Shown: positions 1 through 7,862, counted from the first letter of the stretch. The stretch is 12,110 nt of DNA from Bdellovibrionales bacterium (GCA_043739185.1 JAYUEN010000366.1:1-12110), one strand, 5' to 3'. Numbers and translations are program-made. Notes: generated by a model not told the origin, from the sequence alone.

Positions 1-21
1 TGGAGGCGCACTGCGCCTCCA
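1..21. repeat. Perfect inverted repeat TGGAGGCGCA-C-TGCGCCTCCA
   Basis: Bases 1-10 are the exact reverse complement of 12-21. It is followed by AAAA, not a T-tract, so it is not a canonical + strand terminator. It abuts the window edge, so the left context is unseen. Confidence 0.8.
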
Positions 22-55
22 AAACTAAGCAGGTATATTATGGTGTCAAAATGTC

Positions 56-71
56 TGGCACTGCGCTTGCT
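56..71 (+). promoter_or_regulatory. sigma54 (RpoN) -24/-12 promoter
   Basis: TGGCAC-TGCGC-TTGCT has exact GG-N10-GC spacing and a near-consensus match to TGGCAC-N5-TTGCW. It lies 50 nt upstream of ATG 122, which has an AGGGGG RBS at 111-116. Confidence 0.75.
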
Positions 72-121
72 TTATCAAGGGCTGGGGTCAGTTTGGATCA
101 TTCTATATTTAGGGGGATTCT

Positions 122-1048
122 ATGCAGTCATCAGAGCTACTTGAATCAGGACGCGATATTGCGAAGCCAATCCTTAACGGGACGAGTGATTCTGCACAGT
201 CCGCTATACAGCAAAAACTATATGAAGGTTTTAATGAGGCAAGATCCCGAAATCCTCATGTCTCACTAAGAGCTTATGCTCGCAGGCTCGCAGTTAGTCC
301 TGCAGCGCTTTCTGAAATTCTAAGAGGTAAGCGACGTATTTCAATGAACCGCGCAAAGGAACTCATTAGTCGAATGGGCATGGATCCTCAAGAGAGTGAA
401 AGAATATTGAGCCTCTTTGCAAATGAGTCCAAGAGCAGCGCTCGTAAAACCAGTGCGACGGCAAATGATATAAAAGCCATTCAAACTTTGACGGATCAGT
501 TTAATATTGCTTCGGAGTGGTATCATTATGCCATCGTTGCTTTAGCGCAAACTTCAGATTTTGATAGTCGTACGCTTTCGATTGCAAAACGATTGGGCAT
601 AACCGAGAAAGTAACTGAGGCCGCGATTGAAAGATTGGTTCGCTCAGGAATACTCTTGGCAGAAAATAATCAGCTCATTTTAAAGCCTCAGCTGCGTCGA
701 ATTGAAGGCGCAATTCCGACCAATATAATTCAATCAGCATTAAGGAAGGCTCAGACTCAAAATCTTGACTTGGCAAGAGTTGCATTGGATCAAGAAAATA
801 TTGAAGTTCATGAGTTCGGCTCTTTAACTCTCGCCATGAGTCCAGAACGATTAAGTGAAGCCAGACAAAAGATTAAAGAGTTTTTTGAGAAATTTGAACA
901 ATCGATAGAGCAAAATACGAAGCGCACTGAGGTTTATAAATTGAATTTACAATTGATTCAACTCAGTCAAAGAGAGAGCCTCGAAGCGGCGGCCAAAGCC
1001 ACCTTCAAGCAGGGCGCTACGAATGAAATGACTTCTTCTGAAATTTAA
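122..1048 (+). CDS. TIGR02147-family / DUF4423-type HTH protein, putative transcriptional regulator (308 aa)
   Basis: N-terminal XRE-like HTH (RNPHVSLRAYARRLAVSPAALSEILRGKRRIS), central 'FNIASEWYHYAI', second wHTH (IAKRLGITEKVTEAAIERLVRSGIL) and C-terminal 'TLAMSPERLSEARQKIKEF...EVYKLNLQL', the layout of this family expanded in Bdellovibrio and Fibrobacter. RBS present. Confidence 0.85.
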   Translation: MQSSELLESGRDIAKPILNGTSDSAQSAIQQKLYEGFNEARSRNPHVSLRAYARRLAVSPAALSEILRGKRRISMNRAKELISRMGMDPQESERILSLFANESKSSARKTSATANDIKAIQTLTDQFNIASEWYHYAIVALAQTSDFDSRTLSIAKRLGITEKVTEAAIERLVRSGILLAENNQLILKPQLRRIEGAIPTNIIQSALRKAQTQNLDLARVALDQENIEVHEFGSLTLAMSPERLSEARQKIKEFFEKFEQSIEQNTKRTEVYKLNLQLIQLSQRESLEAAAKATFKQGATNEMTSSEI

Positions 1049-1063
1049 TATAGCTCAAGGTGC

Positions 1064-1693
1064 ATGAGCGAAAAAAATTGGCTTGAAAATCTAGACGCGA
1101 GTTTAGAACTTCTTGCGACCGATGGTTATTTTGAGGTTTTAGATTTTATTGATGAAGCTACGGTCATGCAGCTGGTTTCTCAAGTAAATGATTTAAGGGC
1201 CGCTCATCAATTTCGAGCCGCAAGAGTTGGCGCAAGGCCGGTGCTTGAGACCGAAGTGCGCTCGGATGAGATATTTTGGCTGGATAGTAAATTGATTGAA
1301 AGCTCCAAAGAGCTTCAAAAATATTTTGAAAACATAGGCCAATTGCAGCGCAGGTTAAATGAAAAATATTTTTTCGGCTTACGCTCAAATGAATCTCACT
1401 TTTCAAGGTATCCGTCTGGTGCATCTTACAAGCGGCACAAAGATGTGAGCGAACATTCGAACAAGCTTTCAAGCGCTCATTTAGGGACGAGAAAAATTTC
1501 GATCATATGTTACCTCAATTCAAATTGGAGACCCGAACATGGCGGGCAGCTTCGATTATATCTAGACAAAAACTTTGTCGACGTGACACCAACGGTGGGA
1601 AAATTGGTTGGGTTTCTTTCAGAAGAAATTGAACATGAAGTGCTCACCACATTTGATGAGCGCCTAAGCCTTACTTCGTGGCTCTTGAATTGA
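1064..1693 (+). CDS. 2OG-Fe(II) oxygenase, prolyl-4-hydroxylase/EGLN(SM-20)-like (209 aa)
   Basis: HxD iron motif (YKRHKD), distal His (EHEVL), 2OG-binding Arg (RLSLTSW), plus 'VRSDEIFWL' and 'YLNSNWRPEHGGQLRLY' segments. AAGG RBS, 15 nt after the previous stop, so probably co-transcribed. Confidence 0.9.
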   Translation: MSEKNWLENLDASLELLATDGYFEVLDFIDEATVMQLVSQVNDLRAAHQFRAARVGARPVLETEVRSDEIFWLDSKLIESSKELQKYFENIGQLQRRLNEKYFFGLRSNESHFSRYPSGASYKRHKDVSEHSNKLSSAHLGTRKISIICYLNSNWRPEHGGQLRLYLDKNFVDVTPTVGKLVGFLSEEIEHEVLTTFDERLSLTSWLLN

Positions 1694-1743
1694 CAGAACT
1701 TAATCCTTTCAATTGGTAACTTCTTAATTTTATGAAGTGGTCA

Positions 1744-1784
1744 AATCTAAACAGCTTCGGAGGCAGGCAAGCCGATTTTAGATT
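1744..1784. other. Stem-loop downstream of the oxygenase (possible terminator or RNA structure)
   Basis: AATCTAAA (1744-1751) pairs with TTTAGATT (1777-1784), with inner GCTT/AAGC. On the minus strand the stem extends via a G-U pair to about 14 bp with a 2-nt bulge. Confidence 0.5.
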
Positions 1785-1805
1785 GCAGCAATTGCTTCAG
1801 AAACA

Positions 1806-1853
1806 GAGTCTGAGTCTGAGGCTGAGTCTGAGGCTGAGGCTGAGGCTGAGGCT
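1806..1853. repeat. Hexamer tandem repeat (GAGKCT)x8
   Basis: GAGTCT GAGTCT GAGGCT GAGTCT GAGGCT GAGGCT GAGGCT GAGGCT, read directly from the sequence. Confidence 0.95.
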
Positions 1854-1964
1854 GTCAATCGGTCAGCCGCAGCTGCTGCCATGAAGACTGATTTGAATTC
1901 TATTCTCACCTATGAAAGTAGGAGCCACAGTCGGCATCGAAAGCCTTGTCATATCGCACTTTTT

Positions 1965-1994
1965 GTGACAGTTTGTAGGCACAATATAGATAAT
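1965..1994 (+). promoter_or_regulatory. Possible sigma70-type promoter for the small basic gene
   Basis: GTGACA (1965-1970), 18-nt spacer, GATAAT (1989-1994). Each box is 5/6 consensus and sits just upstream of the RBS at 2003-2008. Confidence 0.35.
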
Positions 1995-2013
1995 TTTATT
2001 CGAAGGAGAAGTC

Positions 2014-2106
2014 ATGAAGGGCAAGAAAGTTAGAAAGAAAAATAAACATCACGCGAAGCGCTTGGCAAAGAAAGTTAAAAAGAACAAGAGCCATCAGAAA
2101 AGATAA
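2014..2106 (+). CDS. 30-aa Lys/Arg-rich small protein MKGKKVRKKNKHHAKRLAKKVKKNKSHQKR; candidate bS22/mS38-like small ribosomal protein
   Basis: Not in the ORF track (too short). AAGGAG RBS at 2003-2008, ATG at 2014, TAA at 2104-2106, and an intrinsic terminator 30 nt later. Contains 13 Lys, 3 Arg, 3 His and no acidic residues. Confidence 0.8.
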   Translation: MKGKKVRKKNKHHAKRLAKKVKKNKSHQKR

Positions 2107-2135
2107 AGCTTAGTAGTTTAAGGTAATTAAGACTG

Positions 2136-2166
2136 AAAACCTCCTTGAAGCGGGAGGTTTTTTTTT
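2136..2166 (+). terminator. Rho-independent terminator
   Basis: AAAACCTCC-TTGAAGCG-GGAGGTTTT stem-loop ending in a run of 9 T. The upstream A-tract makes it possibly bidirectional. Confidence 0.9.
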
Positions 2167-2303
2167 GCGATTCGACTTCGACGTTATGCGTTTAATAAAT
2201 AATTAAATACACAAAACAAATGATGAAATATTTCAAATTGGTCGCTTTCAGTTGCTAAATTCGAACAATCTCTGTAACTCAAGTAAGGCATTTTTGTTAC
2301 TAA

Positions 2304-2861
2304 ATGGGGGTATTGATGTTGGCTCGGAAGTCTTGGCAGGTCCTGGTTCTAGCAGTTTCAATCGTGTTCTTAGTTTCAGAATTTTCTCAGGCTTATACGG
2401 GTTCGGGAGATGGGGTTCCAACCTGTCTCAATGATCAAAGTCAGCCAATGACAGTAAACAATCAAAGTGTGCTCCAGATGAAAATTAGCACACCCAATTC
2501 TTATCATGCACGCGCCCTTGTTTCTGGTGTCGTGACCAAGCTCTATTCAGATGCCACTTGCCACCATCACTTTGAGCTTCAAATTGGAAGCGGAGCTGGT
2601 GACACAATTGAAATTATCTACAACGAAGAATTTGGAAAGTTTCCTGCCTTTGGATTGGGAGCAAAAGTTATTGTGTGCGGAGATTATATAACTTCGAATC
2701 GTCCGTCTCAGTATCCAATTTCTCCGGATGGTGCGATCATTCATTGGGTTCATAAAGCGCCAAATCCAGCCCATCATCCTTCAGGGTTTTTGGTAATCAA
2801 CGGCGTTTTGACGGGTCAAAGTATTGGCAATGGCAGTGGAAACTGCGGTAACAAAAACTAA
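2304..2861 (+). CDS. Secreted DUF3465-type protein (start at 2304 or, more likely, ATG 2316)
   Basis: Signal peptide (RKSWQVLVLAVSIVFLVSEFSQA) and motifs 'VSGVVTKLYSD...HHHF', 'VCGDY', 'GAIIHWVH...HPSGFLVING' resembling DUF3465. GGGGG at 2306-2310 is a plausible RBS for ATG 2316. Confidence 0.75.
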   Translation: MGVLMLARKSWQVLVLAVSIVFLVSEFSQAYTGSGDGVPTCLNDQSQPMTVNNQSVLQMKISTPNSYHARALVSGVVTKLYSDATCHHHFELQIGSGAGDTIEIIYNEEFGKFPAFGLGAKVIVCGDYITSNRPSQYPISPDGAIIHWVHKAPNPAHHPSGFLVINGVLTGQSIGNGSGNCGNKN

Positions 2862-2874
2862 TCGTGAAGTTGTT

Positions 2875-4035
2875 TTATAAAAATGCTAAAAGTGCGGCGG
2901 CAAGCATTGCCCCCGCCGCTGAAAAGTAAAAGCATTGTGAGACTCCCCAGTGATCCCAGATAAATCCTGCAGACAAACTCGCAAATAGACTTGCCACACC
3001 CGTAAAGCTTCCGAGTATTCCCAAGCCAGTCGCCTTCATTTCAGGTGGTAGTAAATCAATCGCTAAGGCTTTGCCAACCCCGTCTGTTGCAGCCATATAA
3101 ATTCCATAAATTCCAAAAAGAAAAAAGAAACTCCAAAAGTTGCTTGCTTGTGAAAAACCTAAATAAGTTAGGGCGAAGACTAAAAGCCCGGCACAAATGA
3201 TCCACTTTCTTTGGATGCGATCAGAAAGGATGCCAAGATAGGGACTGAGAAGCGCGTAAATTAAATTATAAAAACAGTAGAGTAAGATGCTTGTCTGCAA
3301 CTCAATGCCTGAGGCTTTGGCTTTGAGCAAAATGAATACATCACTTGAATTTGCGATTGAAAACAGGGTCCAAGTTCCCAAATAAAAGCGAAATTTGTTT
3401 GAAAGCATTGAGATTGAAATTTTAGTTCGCGTTTGACCAACTGAGGACGCCTTTTTTGGCACTGAATCTTGTACGCCAAAAACGAAAGCGACGGCGAGAA
3501 GACCAGGAAGAAAAGCCCAAAAATAAATTGCTCGTAAATCACCATGGTATTTCAAATAGAAAACTGCAATGAGTGGACCGATGGCCGCGCCAAGAGTGTC
3601 CATGGCTCGATGCCAGCCAAAAGCAGCACCACGGAGTTCCGCGGGGACGGCTTCGCTTAACAGAGCGTCTCTCGGGGCGGAGCGAATGCCTTTGCCAGTT
3701 CTGTCAAGCGCGCGCGCTGACAAGACCCCAGTCCAAGAACTTGAAAAGCCGATCAAAGGTTTCGCTAAAGCAGTCAATAGATAGCCAGCCCAAACAAAAG
3801 TTCGACGTGATTGAATGCGGTCAGACCATGCGCCTGACGTACTCTTAAGCAAACTGGCAAGAGCTTCGGCAACACCTTCAATAAAACCAATATGGAGCAT
3901 CGAGGCTCCTAAAACCGTGCTGAGAAAAATGGGTGTGATAGGATAGAGCATTTCACTTGAGATGTCGGCAAAAAGTGAAACCAGTCCAAGCTGAACGACT
4001 GTACGGTTGAGGGCGGATCGATTAAATGCGCTAAT
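2875..4035 (-). CDS. MFS transporter (track gives 2875..3951; homology-like sequence extends upstream, candidate ATT start at 4035, 386 aa)
   Basis: About 12 hydrophobic segments and motif-A-like loops (GAWSDRIQSRR, GILSDRIQRK), plus 'DRTGKGIRSAPRDALL' and 'GAAFGWHRAMDTLGA'. The in-frame upstream sequence LNRTVVQLGLVSLFADISSEM looks like TM1. The start coordinate is uncertain. Confidence 0.85.
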   Translation of the reverse strand: MSAFNRSALNRTVVQLGLVSLFADISSEMLYPITPIFLSTVLGASMLHIGFIEGVAEALASLLKSTSGAWSDRIQSRRTFVWAGYLLTALAKPLIGFSSSWTGVLSARALDRTGKGIRSAPRDALLSEAVPAELRGAAFGWHRAMDTLGAAIGPLIAVFYLKYHGDLRAIYFWAFLPGLLAVAFVFGVQDSVPKKASSVGQTRTKISISMLSNKFRFYLGTWTLFSIANSSDVFILLKAKASGIELQTSILLYCFYNLIYALLSPYLGILSDRIQRKWIICAGLLVFALTYLGFSQASNFWSFFFLFGIYGIYMAATDGVGKALAIDLLPPEMKATGLGILGSFTGVASLFASLSAGFIWDHWGVSQCFYFSAAGAMLAAALLAFL

Positions 4036-4444
4036 AAATAAATCCGAGTTTATAGGTGCGATTGAGTTCCCAAACGGTATTTTTAGTTTTCAACTCAACC
4101 AAGTCATACTTTATAAGTGCGCCGTAACGGTAACCATCAATCCATTCAGAAACAAAAACTTCAAGTTTGAAATCGCCATCTTTTTTTTGTGGGATGCTAA
4201 AGGCATCTTGTTTGAGCCAGTCTTGCACATGGCTCGCGTCTGAACTGACCTCAATACTTCGAATGCTCGACCAGGCAGCAGGAAGATAGTGATTTTTTTC
4301 AAGCAAACTCAAATCTGTACGCGTGGCAAGCGCAAACTTCTTAAAGGGAGGTGCCAACCAAAAGCCAACATCTGCTTGGGCAAGGGATAAGATGGCCACC
4401 AACATAATTCCGAGGCCGTAGACCAATTTCTTTGTAGAGTTCAT
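4031..4444 (-). CDS. Hypothetical exported or membrane-anchored protein (137 aa)
   Basis: Basic N-terminus and hydrophobic stretch (KKLVYGLGIMLVAILSLAQA, AxA site). Its ATG overlaps the upstream TGA (ATGA at 4444-4441), with an AAGGA RBS. No family recognised. Confidence 0.75.
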   Translation of the reverse strand: MNSTKKLVYGLGIMLVAILSLAQADVGFWLAPPFKKFALATRTDLSLLEKNHYLPAAWSSIRSIEVSSDASHVQDWLKQDAFSIPQKKDGDFKLEVFVSEWIDGYRYGALIKYDLVELKTKNTVWELNRTYKLGFIY

Positions 4445-5154
4445 GAATGAGTTTCCTTTAGATTGAGCAGAGATTCGGCCAATAGCTTGCCGAAAAATTT
4501 CTGCTCGGAGTGATTTCTTTTTTTGAAATACTTTTGATTTAATTCGATTTCAATTCCTGCATAATTTTTAGTTCCAAAGTTTTTTCGTAGAATCTTTGTG
4601 AGTCCGTCTGAACTGCCCTTGTAAGGATAATTGAGGCGAATAACAAGTTCGGGTGCCAGTTGTCTTAAGTGGGTCTTAAGTTTTTGAGCGATTTCGCTCT
4701 CGAACTTTGACTTCGGGTCAAATAAGATACCGATGTCGGCATTTCGAATCACGCCATTTAATTTGGGGGTAAAAGAATGAATAGCGAAATGAATCACAGA
4801 TTTCTTTCTTGCCAAAATTCTTTGAACATTATTTTGAACTTTAAGGTGATGAGGACGGTAATAATTATTGAGAATAAAAGTCTTTTCAGTTTGCTTTAAG
4901 GATGCGCTAAATTCTGAATATAAGGCTTTATTCGTTAAGGACCTATTGTGATCGATCAACAATCTTGAAATTTCAGATTTATAAAAAGGCAAATGCAATG
5001 CCTTGGCAAGTATCTTTGTGACACCTAGAGCCCCAATATCAAAACCACGATGCGATTTGAGGATGGCTTTTTGTCCGAGGTAGAGCTTTTGAAATCTTCG
5101 CGGAATTTTATTCCCAGCATGTTCACAGCTCAGAACCATTGACGCCGGCATCAT
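4441..5154 (-). CDS. N-formylglutamate amidohydrolase (FGase)-family protein (237 aa)
   Basis: Family motifs SCEHAGN, SHRGFDIGA, SRLLIDHNR, YYRPHH, IHSFTP, NYPY and IEIELNQ. ATGA overlap with the GCS2 gene. Confidence 0.9.
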   Translation of the reverse strand: MMPASMVLSCEHAGNKIPRRFQKLYLGQKAILKSHRGFDIGALGVTKILAKALHLPFYKSEISRLLIDHNRSLTNKALYSEFSASLKQTEKTFILNNYYRPHHLKVQNNVQRILARKKSVIHFAIHSFTPKLNGVIRNADIGILFDPKSKFESEIAQKLKTHLRQLAPELVIRLNYPYKGSSDGLTKILRKNFGTKNYAGIEIELNQKYFKKRNHSEQKFFGKLLAESLLNLKETHS

Positions 5155-6383
5155 GGATTGGCCTCAAAGGATCGATTTTCACTTAGACACTTAGCCAATT
5201 GTTGATACAGACCCGTGAGATTTTGAGATTGAAGTTTGTGCTTCATACGGGTCGCGAGACTGCCGTGCTCCAGTATAAGTTTCAAGTGGCGATTGATTCG
5301 TGCATCCGAAGCTTCGTTCTCAAAATTGCTTTTCTCATAAAGAAAATGCAATAGATCGCGGCTGGTTTTGGCATTTTCACACCCCCAAAAATGAGCATAT
5401 TGGGGTTGGGTGATTTTGGCATTTTCAGCGAAGAGAATATTTTCTTCAAGTACGGCGCGAAGAATAGGAACCGATTGCGCTTGTTGTTTTTGATGTGTAA
5501 TCCAATCTCCCTGACAGAGTTGCTTGAGCAAATGGACTATGAATTCGACAATGGCTAGATCAGCAAGTGGAGCCTCCTGTATGTCCATCAGGCGAATTTC
5601 AATGCTTTGCCTTTCGAAGCGCGCAATCGCACCTCGCGAATTGAGCCAGTCATGCTTTAGTATTTGATCTGGATCATGGGGACTTATTTTTTGGTAAATT
5701 TTTGCGAGAATTTGGTCGTGATAGTCTTGCATACAGGTGACTACTTCAGGAATCACATCGCCAGCAATCTCTGGGACTTTGAGTTGATTTTTTTTATAAA
5801 ACTGTAGGCGCGAATCGAGGGCGGTTTGCAATTTTCCCTCATAGATCGGCGAGCTGGCTGCAAGTGCGGGTATAAGTGGTAATACGACTCTGATGGCAGC
5901 ATGGAGCTTTACAAAATCGGCGTCGGTTTTAAAGGGCAGATTGATGTGCGTGCTTTGTACATTTGACCAGCCGTGCCCTCGGCAATCAAAAATACGATTG
6001 TACGCGGCATAGACTTCATTATTATCATGTGGCCAAAGTTTGGTGTCTTGGTCTGGATTCATAAATGGATGCATTGCGGTTGGCAGTAGCATGGCAGAAT
6101 ATTTTTGCAAATAATTATTAAGCCGTTGAACGCCTCTTGCAAACTCGTCGCTTAAACCGTTTAGTGCGGCAACGGGTCGCGCCACCTTAATTTCTACCAA
6201 ATGCATAACGAGTTCATTGGACCATTCGAGCCTGCCATCATCAATATCGGAGACAATTTTGCCAGCAATATCTCGAAATACTTGATCGGTAATCGGAAGA
6301 GCTTTCAGTGTTGTTTGATCAACAATCATATATTCAAGTTCAATTCCGTAAGCTTCGAATAGACTAAAAAATGGAGTCGCCAT
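5151..6383 (-). CDS. Glutamate--cysteine ligase family 2 (GCS2/YbdK-like) carboxylate-amine ligase (410 aa)
   Basis: GIELEYMIVD (ExE), NELVMHLVEIK, AMHPFM, STHINL, ALAASSP and IEIRLMD motifs of the glutamine-synthetase-like fold. AAGGA RBS 9 nt after the RimK stop. Confidence 0.9.
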   Translation of the reverse strand: MATPFFSLFEAYGIELEYMIVDQTTLKALPITDQVFRDIAGKIVSDIDDGRLEWSNELVMHLVEIKVARPVAALNGLSDEFARGVQRLNNYLQKYSAMLLPTAMHPFMNPDQDTKLWPHDNNEVYAAYNRIFDCRGHGWSNVQSTHINLPFKTDADFVKLHAAIRVVLPLIPALAASSPIYEGKLQTALDSRLQFYKKNQLKVPEIAGDVIPEVVTCMQDYHDQILAKIYQKISPHDPDQILKHDWLNSRGAIARFERQSIEIRLMDIQEAPLADLAIVEFIVHLLKQLCQGDWITHQKQQAQSVPILRAVLEENILFAENAKITQPQYAHFWGCENAKTSRDLLHFLYEKSNFENEASDARINRHLKLILEHGSLATRMKHKLQSQNLTGLYQQLAKCLSENRSFEANP

Positions 6384-6392
6384 TTTTTCCTT

Positions 6393-7862
6393 TCAGCCAA
6401 TTTGATTCTTGAGTTTACGCTTTTCGATGCGATCTCTAAAAACCTGCATTATGGTCGTATAAAGTTTCATTTTGAGTTCATCATCTTCATAGCCAAAATC
6501 AATATTGGGGTTGTCGTTTATTTCGATCACATAGCATTTGTTATTTTCAAACTTGAGATCGACGCCATACAAACTACTGCCTATGAGATTTGCGGCTTTT
6601 AGAGCGGTGTTAATGACCTGTTCTGGCACTTCATTAAGTAAAAAACTTTCGACTTTGCCATCGAGAGCGGCTCCTTTAGTTTGATTTTTAGTGATTTGCC
6701 AATGATCTTTAGCCATATGGTATTTACATGCAAAGATCGGAGTCTTGTCGATAATTCCTATGCGCCAATCAAAATCTGTTGGTAAATATTCTTGCGCAAT
6801 AACCAAGTCCGACTTTTGCCACATATCTTCAAGATGCTCGACCAATTCTTTTGCGGTTTTGGCTTTTTTAACTCCAAGTGAAAAGGCGCTATCGGGTTCT
6901 TTTAAAATACAAGGAAAGCCTATCGCCGCACTCACCTTCTTTACATTGTCCTTATGAACGATAAGTGTTTTGGGTACACGGACCCGATGATTTTCTAAAA
7001 GCTCTGCCAAGTAGATTTTATTCGAACATTTCAATATTGAATCTGGCTCATCAATTACCACAAGGCCCTCGGCCTTTGCTCTGCTGGCAAATCGGTAAGT
7101 ATGGTGGTTGACCGCGGTTGTCTCTCGAATAAACAGCCCATCAAATTGAGCGAGTCGACCAAAGTCTTCTCGCGTGATTAGTTCAGCGCTCATGCCTTCC
7201 TGATGGGCGGCTTTTACAAAGCGTTTGAGTGCTTCTTCGTTCGATGGGGGCAGCCTTTCTTCGGGATTGACTAAAATTGCCAAATCGAAATTATATACAA
7301 CTTCTTTTTTTAGACCAATACTTCGATCTTGAAAAAAACTTTTGGCAAAAGAAATCACATATGGATAGTGAGTTTCTGAAATTTCAAGGGCTGAAAGCGG
7401 TCGAATGCTTTGTAGTTGCCACCTTGACGTATACTCAAATTCAGCTCTTAAGAGTGGGCATTGAAAAAGCTTAAACAGGTGGGTTGAAAGTTTGTCATAT
7501 CTTTTGGCCGTATTGTGACCAAAATAAATGCTTAAGGTAAATTCTTTGGATTTTAGACCCTCTAGACTCTTTTGAATAAGTTCGTCTAGATCTTCGGAGA
7601 CAAAACGAACCAAGGATTGTGACTTCAAATCTTGAATGGTTGATACTGTTGGCACAGGCTTGTGGGCTCTTGCCGAAGCGAGCAGAGAAACGTAATAACC
7701 AAAGCTTTGATAGCGATAGGATTTACATAAATTGTAAACCTTAATGTAACGTGATTTTCTGAATGCCTCTTGGGTCAAATAGTCCTTGGCAGAGCAGAGT
7801 TCGACTCCACGAATTTTTATTGGCCATTCAGCTGGATCATCTACGACAATCAAATGCCTCAT
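6393..7862 (-). CDS. RimK-family ATP-grasp ligase with N-terminal RLAN domain (489 aa)
   Basis: N-terminal 'VYNLCKSYRYQSFGYYVSLLASARAH' (RLAN-type) and ATP-grasp motifs CSNKIY, PCILKEPDSAFSLGV, QEYLPTDFDWRI, GVDLK and IEINDNPNID. Confidence 0.92.
   Translation of the reverse strand: MRHLIVVDDPAEWPIKIRGVELCSAKDYLTQEAFRKSRYIKVYNLCKSYRYQSFGYYVSLLASARAHKPVPTVSTIQDLKSQSLVRFVSEDLDELIQKSLEGLKSKEFTLSIYFGHNTAKRYDKLSTHLFKLFQCPLLRAEFEYTSRWQLQSIRPLSALEISETHYPYVISFAKSFFQDRSIGLKKEVVYNFDLAILVNPEERLPPSNEEALKRFVKAAHQEGMSAELITREDFGRLAQFDGLFIRETTAVNHHTYRFASRAKAEGLVVIDEPDSILKCSNKIYLAELLENHRVRVPKTLIVHKDNVKKVSAAIGFPCILKEPDSAFSLGVKKAKTAKELVEHLEDMWQKSDLVIAQEYLPTDFDWRIGIIDKTPIFACKYHMAKDHWQITKNQTKGAALDGKVESFLLNEVPEQVINTALKAANLIGSSLYGVDLKFENNKCYVIEINDNPNIDFGYEDDELKMKLYTTIMQVFRDRIEKRKLKNQIG

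Noticed and set aside
51..269. 72-aa ORF overlapping the TIGR02147 gene
   Set aside because: It starts upstream of the sigma54 promoter, is out of frame with a well-supported gene and has no recognisable motif.
1782..2033. 83-codon stop-free + frame reading ETESESEAESEAEAEAEA through the hexamer repeat
   Set aside because: There is no canonical start or RBS before the repeat (TAG at 1779-1781, first ATG at 1881), so it is not called as a gene.
4441..7862. Assigning gene symbols rimK, gshA/ybdK or hutG
   Set aside because: Family membership is clear, but the RLAN domain and operon context argue against orthology to the characterised genes.
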